Shown here one piece after another: positions 1 through 13,668 of a DNA stretch of 64,000 nucleotides. The position numbers were made by a program, and so were the translations under genes. This DNA comes from Phoronis australis. Taxonomy: Eukaryota > Animalia > Phoronida. Numbering within the stretch: the stretch's first letter is position 1; every line of letters begins with the position of its first letter. Under the pieces are notes generated by a model. The model worked only from the letters and a program-made list of their open reading frames with translations, made no database searches and was not told where the DNA came from. Location of the stretch: the NCBI GenBank assembly GCA_002633005.1, contig NMRA01000277.1:124001-188000 (forward strand), in the 5' to 3' direction.

Positions 1-1656
1 TCCTTCAACTTGTACTTGGGCACCCCTTGCGGAATACTAGATCCGTTCGTTGTAGACGGGATTTTTTCTTGCGCTTCACCTGCTTACAACAGTTATTGTT
101 TATAAACTATTGAACTAAAATGTGTGTTCACACACAAACAATAGTCCAAAAGACGTTGACAAGCCATCGATATTCTTATTAAATCCACTAATTAAGGAGG
201 CCAATAATTGCTGGTTGTTTGTTCTTTTGTAATGTTAAGATTTATGATCAATACCGAGGAACTTTTCTTTTCAGACGAAGCTATTTGAATGAAAAGTTAA
301 AGCTGTACACCATCCCTCTCCCTTCGGTTTTTAGGAAATTCTATTTTTCCCAAAAATGGACTACAAGGAATGCCGTTGATCTTTGTACTAGCTCTTGGGA
401 ATTGTCATTTAGTTTATTCTTAAATTTTGCGGATCGATTTTTATATTCGTGTTTTGAAATTTGATCGAATTAATCTCCTACTTATCGCTCGTGACATTTT
501 CTGTTGGGGTTGATCGTCTGGTTCCCACGCATCATTCAATGACCTAAATCACCCAGGTGATGTTATTTCAAACGACTGGTAAAAATGCGCAAACGAAGTT
601 GTAACTAACCGTAACGGTTTTTTGAAGATAGACCTGCCATTGACGTTGGAGTTGGTAATTTGCAGAAAAATAACGAATGCATGCGGAGGCAAACGGAACT
701 TTCGTTGAGTGGTACGAGAAAAAAGACGGTGTGCTGAGTAGGAGTGATGTACGATCTCAAACGACTATTTTCACTGATAGCTTCTCGGAATTTTCTGCTT
801 TCCAAACCACACCTAACCATTCAAACTCATTGACATTTTCAAGTGAACTTAATGAAGCGTGACAACTTTACTCGTTCGACCGAAATATTCCTTGATATGA
901 TAAACTTCGACTTATCATGATTTCATACTTTAGAGGTGAAATCTCTCGCTCTGTGATCTCCGTAATTGGCGCAAAAGTCGCTTCTAGAATTATCATCGTT
1001 AACGAATTTTTCGTTTTGTAATCCTTGGATGTGCTGGTTCATAAAACATTGAATAAGTACTGCTAAAAGCAAATATTGCAGAATTCGTATGATTGACAGC
1101 TTAGTTGAGTAGGCAATCAATCGACACGTGCTCGGATTTTACTCAGTAAATAAAAACCGTGGTGCCAGCACTTTGCAATTGAGGCCGGTCTGGAGCTAAA
1201 TTTCAGAAAACCGAACTGATGGATTCTAGTCTATCAAGTTGGAACATGTCTCAAAATGTCGATTTAAAAATCACTTATTTTCCAGAATTATATTGACATT
1301 GTTATGCATAAGTAAACTTCATTTGTTGTTTCACCATAGAATACAGTGCATGTAAACAAACGAAGTGTTGAGTGGCAGTTGCACCAAATTTTAGTTTAGG
1401 CAAATTTACAATATATTTAATTATTTCCTTGCAGCTCGTACTCTGGGTACAGAGGCAATCACGCGTGAAAGGTGACGATGCTAGCTGGCATAGACCTTAT
1501 AACATGGAGTTAAACCTCATAAATGTGTGAACGAACTATTTTACAATTCACACGTCTCAGCTTTTATTGACGCTGTAAAAATGCCAATACACAGTTTAAC
1601 CCAAATACAGAAGCCACAAAGTGTTATTTGCTTTGCACTACTTCTTCTGGGTGTTT

Positions 1657-2481
1657 CCGGAGTCGCACCTTCAAAACAGCTAACCAGCCCGAAAAACAAG
1701 AACCCCGACCTTTAAAACAAGAACCCCAATCTTAAAACAAGAACCCAGGGGATCGGACAGGAAACCCGAACAACTTTTTGCGTTTTCCGAGACGATGTCA
1801 ATAACCTCAAACTTTGAGTTAAAACATCTTCAAGTTCTTTCCGGTTGTTCTCTGCATTTGACTGTGAAAATTTCCAGTGATAAAACTTATCTTTTATGAT
1901 ATTGATTTTGTTATTTGATTTTTATTGGTAAAACTCGTGCAACTTGTCGTCGGGGCGAATTTGAAAATAATCTTAAGTCTCAACACAACTTGTTATCTTG
2001 GTGAATATTTATAGTTAATTTCAGATTATTCAACAGTTTCTTAAAAATATTATTTCGACTTTCGAGTGTCATTGTTGATTAATTCCCTAAAATGTCTCTA
2101 CATTTGGTCGTATTTTAGGGTTTTTCGATTTACTTGGTTCCGGCACAATTTCCGGATTTTGAAACCACGATAGTTATTCATTCAAAAAACCTGCACCGTC
2201 ACCAATTCCACCGTTCTTGCCCTCAAACAAGTTTAGTTGAACTCCTCGATCATTAAAACGGATTTTGGAATCGGAATTTCTATACTCAACGCATTCCTTG
2301 TGACAGAAAGAGCGGGAGTGGTGTTTCGGTCCCCAGGTATCCTCGATTCCGATCCCCCGGGTTCCTGTTTTGAAGGTCTGGGTTCATGTTTTCCGGGCTG
2401 GCTAGCTGTTGAAAGTGCAGGAATCTGTTTCCGACTCCGGGATATCTGTTTTACATCCGGGGTTCCAGTTTCAATGGAGCA
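1657..2481. mobile_element. Degenerate MITE/foldback-like element with ~100-bp imperfect inverted arms
   Basis: 1657-1760 (ccggagtcg...cagctaaccagcccgaaaaacaagaacccc...ggggatcgga) is the reverse complement of 2345-2440. A second partial copy is at 15168-15512. Confidence 0.6.
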
Positions 2482-5400
2482 TCTTGGGCTTGTTCAGAAG
2501 ATTATAATTTTGTTACGGCACGTCCACATGAGTATATTTCTCCCATTGGAAATTGCCTGGTTGATTCGATTGTTGCACAGTCCTCGGTGACATTCATTCC
2601 TTAGTAGCATTTGTAAGCGGCTATCCTCTTTTCACGACGTGCCTAATGCAGTAATCAGGACCATATTGGTCACTCTCTTTGCAAGCAATATTTTAATCTG
2701 GGCCTGTCCTTCCCAATGTCAAGTGTGTTTTTATAAATAATATTTTCCACAAGGGTTGCTGTTTCCGTGATTTGTTTCAGAGCAAAACAATTCTCTGTTT
2801 TAACAGAAAATTCTGTTCTAGCTAAAGTACCTAATGCAAACAAGTCCAACTGCTGGAAACGTTAATAAGTCGTTATCGGCGATAAAAATAATTATCTGAG
2901 AACAGTTTCAAAGGCCTTACAGTACTAGCTCTGAAGCTTCAGTGTGTGAACACTTCACGATAATGTTTATCATTTTGGCAATATAGGCATCCAGTTTCAA
3001 CTGATCCATGTATCTGCTGGATTTTTCACATTGCAAAAAATCACTGAGCGTATGCAAGACGAGTTCCCGACGTACGCCATACCACCGTTGTTCAGGTCAG
3101 CTGTTTACAGACACCTTGCGGTGAAATGTTTTCTTCTGTGGAGATTTTTTTCTGCGGAGAAAAGTGACTATTTTTCTTAGCAACTTCGATATAAAAGTAA
3201 ACTGTGTTTTGTTTTCAATGTCGTCTTTGGGTCACTGCTGAGAGCGGTAACGCGTAACTTCGCGGTCAATCACTGTTAACACGAGTTACAGTCACGTGAC
3301 TGTGTGGGAAAGGCCTTCAGTGTGGATTCAAACAGTCATACAGTATGCTGACTGAGCTAAATCTCACTCGATAAAATGGCAGAGTAATTTTAGCGTATTT
3401 AACCAATAGAGTCACCAACAACTGCATGTAATAACGCCAAAAAGCACAACGGATTGCCTGTTTTACAGCTCTTGTCGATCCTGGTTACTTCAAAAAAACT
3501 ATCCAATCCAATAATCACTCCAAAAGGCGTTTTTCGACCGAATAAACGATAATGGCCCTGTTAGTCGGCTGTTTTTCTCAATTGCGTTGTAGTTCACCTG
3601 GGAAGATTACCTCTTCTAAAACAAGGGACCCTTTACCTTACCATCCTGATGCTCAGTCCTTAGCCTAATTGTGAAGCTAATTTTTAGAATTTTAATATAT
3701 CTCCTACATTTTGAAGTGTTTTGAAAAAACTCATGTAGTCTTAAATCTGTGCTGCTGTTTTCAAGAACGAGTACTGCTTCTGGGCTAAAATGTATCAGAA
3801 CTTTGAAAACGTACCCAGTAGTCTGAGGTTGTTCAGAATTTGCACGCTCTGAACACGAGCAAACTCATATTTGTATATTTATAAACCATGGGATGTAGCG
3901 GACACTCATGGTAGTTATTTCATATATTCATTATTAATTAAATGTTTTTGATTTACAGGCAATTAAACGCCCAACGATTTTCATCAAGTACTACCCAAAA
4001 GACAAAAATAACTTTGGCAGATTTGATTTTGTCTTGACATTTCTTGTATGCAACCTCATTAAAGCATAGCTGTTGTGATAGGTTTTGACGGGCATGATGA
4101 ATCTAATTCTTAAGTAATATCTTCTCGCTTGGACATTGCATGCACATGAGTAGCAATTAAGCTTTCAGAGAATTGTTTTTAAAAAACATATGTAATCACA
4201 ATTTCCTGTTAGTGCGTTGATCAAACCCAGTACTTCTAATGAAAACCACGGACGTGTCACAGCCATACACATTAAGTGGATATTTTGCAGTCAATGGTAT
4301 TACAACTGCTGCTTTGATTCTCCCACTTTTGGGTAACTTGGAGTTCGGGTGGTGTAAACGGAGACGTGCCTGCCCAAAAATGCATGCATTCGGTGTTTAG
4401 TGGGTTCCGGAGATTCAAGACACTTCGCTATGGAACGGAACCAATAAATTCTATCCCAGAATTCAACATTCTAACCTCACTGTATTGTATCCAATGACAA
4501 CTCAATCGCAGTCTCTCATTGGTTCGTAGAAGAGAACTCGAAGCACCACGCGAATTTCTATTTCTTAGTTTCGGCGAAACTACTAACGAAGTTCAAACCC
4601 AGCAACACTGTTTTCTGCTGTTAGTGGAAGTGAAAAAGGGAACAAAGAATGGATGGAAAGTGTACCGTGGAGTGAACTATGGTGAAGCGTATGGAAGGAG
4701 AGGTGTTCGTATAACTTATTTAGAGCTCTACGTCGCCCGTCTCACCTGGCTGAAAACAAAAATCAAATAAGACCCTTTGCTCCCTTGAAATCAGCTCCAT
4801 GATATTCCTTACGGCGATAGAATTCCAACTCCGTTATCAACTCAAGTCCCAGGTAATGCGCACATGCCCCATTATCGAATTCGCTTATGGCCAACCCGAA
4901 TAAACTGGGAAGCGTTTTCTCGAGTAGCTGATGGTTTCGGGGTTGGTAACGGAAATAGAACTCTGTCATGGTAGAGAATATTATGAGACAGATTTTATTT
5001 AGTGCCAGTTTGCTAAACATGGTCGCGAAAATATTTTTTTATCCGCCACAGGTCAAGGCATCTTGGGAAAACTGATTTTTTAAAACACGCCAATGCATGA
5101 GCGCCTACTAAGTTCGATTGGAATCCATCATATGTTGTATGTAATAAGTCAACTCAACACGAGCAGTAGGAAACACTGTTTAACAAGGGTGCCATTCTCC
5201 TGTTCAGTAGAAATGTTCAGGAACTGCAGTTTTTGTTACATCGGCCTAACAACTCAGGCATCTGCAGAGGCGTCCGTGTCACGGCGTTGACATTTGCTAC
5301 GTGTTGCAACGATTACACTGATGGACAGCATAGGCCGAAATAGTTTGTTTTCAGGAAAATTCAAACTTAGATGAACCTTTATTCGAATATATGGTATACA

Positions 5401-7500
5401 CTGACAATTTTAGTGTACTTGGTATGAAAGATTACAGAAGTCAAATCTGCAAAACTGTCCACACTGGGATTGCTGCTGTTACAAAATTACCCACTTTAAT
5501 GTATTGCACATTGGTAATTTGTGAGCCGTGTGTTTTATTCACATTAGAGGCACATGTAATCATCTCTGTACCTGAGTTAGGACAGCACAATTAACAAATC
5601 CCGAAAAATCGAAAGACAATATCACTGTATATGTTATTAACTCATGAACCTTTATAAAGTAGAAATGATGTTTTATAACAACGACAGTGGGTTTGTAAAT
5701 AGCATTATGTTCATGTCAAATTATTTGGTACTAGTCAAATAAAAATGGTGCTGTGTAGGTCTGCGTGTGGCATTACAATGTATTTCGTAAAACATGTTTA
5801 TGACTGACCATAAAGCGTGTTTCGCAGGAAGTCGGATACACTCAGGCTTAGCGGGTCATTGGCAAGGCCGCAATTTTCACCCACATGTAGTACCTGACAC
5901 ATTTCATCATTTCTACTAGCTGGATGCCATAAAATAATTAAACAAACAAATGAAGATATCTAGCCTTCAGTTAAATACACGTACTTTATTTCGATCAGTT
6001 TTCCTTCAGTGAACCACTAAAAGATACAGTATTAAGTCAGTGCAACGGACGATAAATCTGTTGACTTGCAGCAGCGTTTCGCCCCGCATATAACGCTGAA
6101 CATTACGGAGTCCGTGTGATACGTTTTGTGTACATGAGGCCCTCGCTGAACACTGGTAGATTCCGCCTGAAATATCTCCGGCATGCACATTTTAAGAGAC
6201 TGCTCAATGGTTGAAGAGTCTAAAATCAAGTGTGTAGGATCCTCTAGCAAAACAAATTAGTTACAACAATTGAAACTTTTGATAGAAAACCTAAAAATTC
6301 TGAAAAGCTTGAAAAGTCAACTAAACACTGACAAAGAAAATCGTAAGACGTTATATGTTGCTTCAGTAAATAATCCCCAATGCGGCTGAGATATTTCGTC
6401 CGCGCTGCAATACATAGCGTATTTTGCCCAATCTGCAGTCGCATATCTCCTGTATTTTTGTGAAAAATGAAGAACGGTTATGACTTGAATTGATTTGACG
6501 AAATTCAATCAACATTACTGAACGTCAGAAGATCCCCAAGGATATCACAAAAATCTTACTATTAAACTGAAAGGACTAAGAATGGCTAATCTTGTCGAAA
6601 TCACGAGCTGATTCGACAAAAGCCCATGCAAACAATACACTCTGTCTCGTGACACCTGGAAAAATGCTTCCAGAAAGCACACCCATTGGAGTTTCTCATG
6701 GAAAAAGAAGTTCAGAGAGGCCAGGGTCTTTTGCCTTGGTAAATCCACCGGAAAAATTTTTTCCAGTGAATGCTAAAAATTACTATACATGTGAATTTGG
6801 CATTTTCTCCCCAAGCTCACAAATTCATTAATAACCCGGCCCAAGATTGGAGACAAGATTTAAAATGCTCTTGACCTCTGGATTCCAGAAATTTAGACTA
6901 AAATACATATGTCGTTACCAATCATTTTTTTCCTAATTTCATTCGTCAGAAGAAAAACTGTTCTTTCAAAATGGCGTGACTTCCAAACAGAGAAGAAGTC
7001 TGCTAGAAGGAGCTTTTTTAGCCAAAACGACTTCAAAGAACTAACCGAATACCATTCTCCGAAATCCTTGCCCATTTTCAGCACATGATTGCCATCAAAC
7101 TTGGTCCATCCCATTTTTAATTTTTTGAGCTATTCGGGACTGAACACCGTGGCTTCAGACCAAAACTACTACAATGAAGTCGTGGCTTAGAAATACAGCC
7201 AAGTATATGTTTGGCAGTTCCGGTGATGAGTGTCGGATAGCATGTTAAAACTCAGATTCACTCTGAGCTAACAGCTAACTTTATATACTCAGCTCACACA
7301 CACAGTTAAAATTGTTTCATTCAAAACTCCTGATCACATTTCATAGATTTCTAAAATGATTGTTAAATTATCGTCATTATTTCCTTTTGGAGAAGAATCA
7401 CACTGTAAGACGTGTCAGAGTGCACTGGTTCGTCCGTTTAAAACACCACACCTCCTGGCGCTCTTTCATGAGGAATGGGTGATACAGTTCACGTCAACAG

Positions 7501-7905
7501 GGCCCGGTCTCTAATCTTTGTACTCGAAACAAACTCGTAACTATTTTTGGCAATTTCTCTGCTCCTTTTGTGCGAACTTAAGATAATTGGTTATCAGACT
7601 GTGCTCGAATACATTGTAGTTTATGCATAGGAGTTTCTAGTTCAAGTTTGCCCTTGAAGACCCTTATATTCGTGCTACAAACTCGAGTAAAAACTCGAAA
7701 TTTCGAGTTAAAACTCGAACTTATTCCTTTAATATTGGGTTTACAAACTGTGAACTCATTAAAGGCAATAAATTATCTACGTAAGTTATTGTGTACTCGA
7801 GCATAGAATAATAGACACTTATCTTGAGTTCGCCCAAAAGTAGAGTAGAAAATTCCAAACCTAATTTCGAGTTCCATTTCGAGTAAAAAGATTGGAGACC
7901 GGGCC
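7501..7905. mobile_element. PIF/Harbinger-like MITE
   Basis: TIRs ggcccggtctctaatctttgtactcgaaa and tttcgagtaaaaagattggagaccgggcc, flanked by a 3-bp CAG duplication. A degenerate inverted copy starts near 25882. Confidence 0.7.
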
Positions 7906-10900
7906 CAGGTTTGCGCATTGTTACATTTTTAGCATCTGCAGTCGAAGGCGCTTTTGATGGAGATAAACCAGGCTTAGTAAAAGATATTGTTTATTTTTCT
8001 GAACCGCCGTACTCAGGACGAAAGTGTTAAAATTTGTAGCCGGTATAGATTATAGCGAATGGCTGGTAGGCAGCGGTAAGAATTCATGATTACTTGTAAT
8101 AAAACCGCAAAAACACAATGGATTTTGAGGTCTTATAGCCCTGGCTAAGGACAATAACACAAGAAGTCTACACAATCCAACACTAATCCCCAAAGTAAGT
8201 GCTTCGGCCCTAAAACCGATAATGTTGAACTTCTTTCAAATGTACTCTAACGCGAGGTGGACATGTTATTCGCTCACTGAGATGTTCAGTCGTTTGGCCA
8301 ACTCAGTACATACGGACCTGTAGATCGCGCGAGACTTTATCGCTTCGTCGTTGATAATAAACAGAGTTTTTAGTTTAAACGAATTAAATGGCAATCAGAT
8401 GTTCAAATTCACACAATGACTACCAGGCATTTGCTGCAGCGTACGTTACGTTGAGGTCGGGAATTGCAACGGTATGGTTCCTTATTTGAGTTGTCAATAG
8501 CAACAGAAAAGAAAATTTATTTTTGAACCGCCGTACACAGGATGGAAGTGTTAAGGAACCCAGGCCTACCATGTGTTACTAATTCGATTCAGTTTTTGAA
8601 AACTCAAACTGATAAAGCTGCAAAACCATAGCAGTTTATAAACAAACTAGAATATTAAGCTTACGGTATACAGAGGCGTTAACAGTCCGAACTCTCCCCC
8701 TATTAAACTCTTCAAGGTAATGAAAACATGTAAAATTTCTTTGAGGGAAATCCTCTCAGCACAGTATCAAATATTCGGTCTCCAGTCAATTCTATCTTTG
8801 ACGACATGAGTTCGCTCTGGTAGAAATGCTTGGTTTTGTATTAAAGACTGGAGCCGCTGTTACCCAACGTGTCAATTGTCATTAATGAGAACCGAAAACG
8901 AAAACAAACACACGTGGCATTTGTGAAAAGAGTGAGCAAATGCTAACAATACAGATAATGTAGTTAAGCTGCACGGATCTAAATCCATAGAGATGAGATC
9001 GACTGGTTTATTTTTATGTCCTCTGGGTGAAATCATCATTAGCGCTACAAATTGAAGTAGTACGCTCTCATGTCTGGTTACTCCATATCTTTGACTTCTG
9101 GTGTTTCGCTTGTAACACTGGAAGTCTTGAGGCCGTCCCTTAAAACACTCAGAAAGTCTGTTGAACGTGAAGCTTTCGCCAATTAAGATGCAGATACGTC
9201 CGAGTTAGTTTTGCTCCGTGACTCATTCACGGATCGAATTATGAGTCTGAAGGATGCCCAACAGAGTATCAAATTTTTAAGTTACATAACGGAAGTAGAC
9301 TGCATTATGAGACGCAAAGAACGCATGCTGATACAAAATACACGTACAGTTTACAAAGAGAAACGATTCGTACCGCATTCAAGTGTGGGATTTTCGTGAG
9401 AAGCAAGATAGGAAGCCTCACCGGAATGTACATGTAGACAAAGCCGCTTAAAACGTCAGAAAGTATCCTATCCACAGAAATTACCATAATATCAATATGC
9501 AAAATGAGTGAAAAGGTAGCCAAAAATTTACGTCAGATGTGCCTTCTCATGTAACGAGGCAGATCAGACGTCAGACGAGCGTTTTTCAGCCGGTGAATGA
9601 GTCGCTCAATCTGATTTTAAATCGGACGGCATGTGAACGCTGTAAAGATATATTATTGTGAAAAATGATCCACCAGGTAGATTTACACACATTTTCAAAA
9701 CGAGCGATCTTACAGAACTTTTCTCCTTTTATCATTCCTTATTTACTAGGTATAACATTCCTTTTTCTCGCCTGCTGTTCAAGTAAAGTGTATTTTCTAA
9801 TAGCGTTTCCGTTGAAATACTGGGTGCCTTAGAATAACGGGATTTTGCACGAACTATGTTGCCGAACTAGTGTCCGTCAGATCAATAGTGTCTGTGAAAA
9901 TCATTGATGAAACCCAAATTCATTTTCTTCATACTTGCAATGTATTTTAAAATATTCACGAAGATTTCAAGCTTTTTGTCAGCTAACATTGGGGCCTTGG
10001 CCTTCAAAGGTAACTTTTTATTGAAGAAATTGAGGACTATATATTTTCAGGCAAGATAAATGTATTTGGAATTTTGACATGATATATGTTAAACTATTCA
10101 ATCGTTACGACTGCGTAATCACGGAGCAGCAAGGATTGCTGTCACGATGTTCTTCACTTTGCAACGACTTGTTTCCTAAAATCTATCATTCCGATCTTTG
10201 CCATGTCTTTGTCTCGAATCAAACATCAACAGATGAACATTTCAGATATTACGGACGTAGGAATGCTTCATTTCCCCTAGCAACATTTTAATGCATAACA
10301 ATTACACACCATGAACGAATCAAATCGAATCAAAATCAAAACAAATTACTTACCGATTTTTAGATACGACGCTTCTGCTTTAGTCCAAACACACCGTATC
10401 TCAATGGAGATGGTATATCCAAGTGAACAAAAACTTTTAGCATTCACGAAGTCGCAATGTGTGCAGTCTGCGTTACCCTTAACGTAACGCTCGGCTAAAT
10501 GTTTGCGCAAACACTACACAGCGTTGAATACGCTTAAGCCAACCGGCAACGTTTGCTGCCGTCAACTGCTACCGTACAACATTGATATTTTGCTCACGGT
10601 CTGACATTACGTACTGCAAACTTCTTAATTTTGACCCCACCCCTCATAGGGTTCTCATTGTTCCTTGTTCCAACCTTTTTAAGGAATGGTTTTGCTTCAG
10701 AAACATCGTTTTGTTTTCTAATTCAAATAAAACAATTCACAAGACATGTGAAAGTGTTGATTTCGTATATTGACTAAAAGTCCGATGTATACATTTCAGG
10801 CGTGTGTAAATTCGGAAAGTACACATTTGGAAATGTCTTTGCATACTGTGCACGTATCAGTAAACGGATTTATAATTTGCAATAAGTTTAGGGGAGTTTC

Positions 10901-11112
10901 TGTCGCGAACCAATAATAGCAAATAAGCTGAGCAACGGAAAGGTTGACGAAAGTGACAGCGCTACTTTGATAGCTGGTTGATGGTAGCAAACAATCAAAT
11001 GAAACCATTCTAACAGAAGGACACCTAGCGAGATGGACCGAAATGAGAGCGCGACTAGGAAGGTCACTAAAACTATACCTGTACGACAACTGTAGCTACA
11101 CCTGACAAACCC

Positions 11113-12083
11113 GTGGCTCGATTTTCAAGGTTCACAATTCCGAAGGTTCACTACTTCGAAGGTTCACAACTTCGAAGGTTCACTACTCCGAAGGCTCACT
11201 ACTTCGAAGGTTCACTACTTCGAAGGTTCACTACTTCGAAGGTTCACTACTTCGAAGGTTCACTACTTCAAAGGTTCACTACTTCGAAGGTTCACTACTC
11301 CGAAGATTCACTACTCCAAAATGTCTAAAATTTAGGACTCTTCGGTTTTTAGATGCACTGAGTGGTGTACCTATACCGAAAACAACCCCCGGGTAATAAA
11401 ACATGTGCATGCGAAATTGTCCGCCATGTCTTAAACGAATACGAAGAAACGAGTACGTACTTGCAATTCTAAAAGAAGATGAAATAGGAACATTGATGAA
11501 TTCTCAACAAACATACATTAATAAAATCCATGTCAAGATCGTATCATTTCACTACGACTGAAATTAAAGGTTAGGGCCACCGAAACTACGCGCACGGCCC
11601 ATTCGAAACTAAATGTAGTTGGTAGGCTACCCTTTCCCTGACAGTCTTCACGAAGTCAGAGAGTCCCATTCAGTCTTCTTAAATTAAAAACCGTCGTTGT
11701 CCGCCGTAGCCCTGACTCGTGCCCCAGTTGTTGTCCCTGCTTGCAAATTACTCTTTCAGGAATCACGATTAGCAGTGATGGGGACTGAGCTCATTTGTAA
11801 ACAATGTAATCAATGTTTTAAGAACTACTCAACTTTTGCACACCCTTTAAATGGTTACTAAATGGACACAAATACAATACTTTATTCATGTCATTTCCGA
11901 CTCATTAGCAGTAATGAACTGTCGGAGTCCTAGTTTCGGAATTGTGGACATTCGAAGTAGTGAACTTTCGAATGTAGCGAATCTTCGGATTAGTGAATCT
12001 TCGGAGTAGTAGTAAACCTTCGTAGTAGTGAACCTTAGGAGTAGAGAACCTTAGGAGTACCTTCGGAAAAGTGACATGTAACC
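11113..12083. mobile_element. Foldback-like element with arms built from a 16-bp tandem unit
   Basis: About 12 copies of cgaaggttcactactt at 11125-11320, with degenerate inverted copies (agtagtgaaccttcg) at 11935-12075. Confidence 0.65.
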
Positions 12084-12909
12084 TTAGAAATCTTTTCCTT
12101 CAAGTTTGTTGCTCGTATAAAGTCTGCGAAGCTGTGCAAAATTGCCAGTGATTCACAAGAGAAGACATTCTTCATTGACCAAAGTTGTAATTAGTTCTAG
12201 ACCTACTATTACCTAATTATGTCAACATTCGGGCATTTTCAGTGAAAGAAGACAAGTTACTTAAACGTCTGTTTTTTATCAACGACGGAGGACTGCCTTT
12301 CCAAAATCAAAGTGTACATTGGATGAACAATATATCTGACGATCACTTTCAATTCGAAATTTGAAAATGTCTGCACTTTAGCATACTATGCTAGCAAGTA
12401 CACGGAAATAACAGATGACAAACCTATTTTTTTGCTGTTTTGTTTCTTGATCGATTTTAAGGCATTCATACCGCACTAGCTCTCGCTGCTATACAGCCTA
12501 GCTAGGTACAGACATTTAGTTCTAGACTCCCTTGTTACCCTATGGGGAGCCACCACGCGCGTTCAATGCCAAAGAGTCACAGTCTAATCGTCTGCACGAT
12601 CCTGTCAACTACGTAAACACCATTCGGACGAAGTTGGCCGGGTACGGCCTGATGATTATGTGAAGGGATTTGAATCAGAAGCAAATTCAACATCATTATT
12701 AACTAAGTTATCATTGTACTCAGTAGTACCAGTACATGTAGCAGCAACAATTTTGTTGTTATTGTTGTTGTTGTCCATATATATCCTATCTTTAATGGAT
12801 GCCGGGGTTTTCCGTAGATAAGCCCATGGATGTGTATTTGGAAAATGAAAATTTTCAGTCATTTCAGTTACACCAAGTAAACATTGCCCCCCCCGACCCC
12901 CCCCCGACC

Positions 12910-12955
12910 NNNNNNNNNNNNNNNNNNNNNNNNNNNNNNNNNNNNNNNNNNNNNN
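12910..12955. other. Assembly gap (N run) within a poly-C tract
   Basis: Run of N flanked by C homopolymers. Confidence 0.99.
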
Positions 12956-13016
12956 CCCCCCCCCCCCTCCCCTCCTTGGATGCACACCTAACACCTGACA
13001 CCAGAGCGGTGCGAAG

Positions 13017-13668
13017 CAGTGCCGCATTAAGAAATTGCGGGGCCCGTAGCATAAGTCGAAGCGCGGGTACCGTAATCAAATGCCTATACACCAAAATCAA
13101 AATATGTGTCATTTTACTTTTACTAAGGAAAGCAATTGGGATGTCTTCTAAATGATGAGACAGTGTGTCCACTGGGTAACGCTAGCTGTTGATGGAATTG
13201 GGTAATTTCAGGATAATTCCCACACGGGGGAGGAGAGGGGGCGCTTGTGCCAATTACAATATGACGAATGCCAAATATATACCTTAATTGCACAAATTTA
13301 ATTTTGTCAATTTTGCCGCTTCGTATTTTAACAAAACCTAAACTGTAAATTCAACAATAGTAAAAAATCAAGGAATGCTTGGCGCCCTGGTGAATCTCTG
13401 CATTTTAGGGGCTCGAGTTTTGTGACACCTACTATTCTTCGGACATCTCTTACTCAATGGCCCCGGCACCAATAACCCTACGCAAGTTGAAAATGGTGGT
13501 GTCCCAACACAAACTTGTCAAATCGGGTTCGCATCACCGGAGGTCGCTGCTTCCATAGACGTAGAATAATGCATACGTTTTGGTACAGGTATTGTGAGCG
13601 AGGGACTCCACTAAAAGCGCGGGGTCCGTAGCAGATGGTACTTCTGCTAAGCTGTTAATCTGACACTG
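13017..13668. mobile_element. Possible degenerate hAT-like MITE
   Basis: Imperfect ends cagtgccgcattaa and ttaatctgacactg, with the internal repeat gcgggg(c/t)ccgtagca near both ends. No clear TSD. Confidence 0.35.

Noticed and set aside
7995-8555. 35-bp direct repeats (tgaaccgccgtac...agtgttaa) as possible LTR or att sites
   Set aside because: Too short, with no coding remnant or TSD between or around them.
11113-11328. Repetitive 71-aa ORF and CRISPR-like appearance of the array
   Set aside because: It is a translation of a 16-bp tandem repeat. There are no unique spacers, no cas genes, and the context is eukaryotic.
12656-13172. ORFs of 102-123 aa
   Set aside because: They stay open only because they cross the N gap and poly-C tracts.
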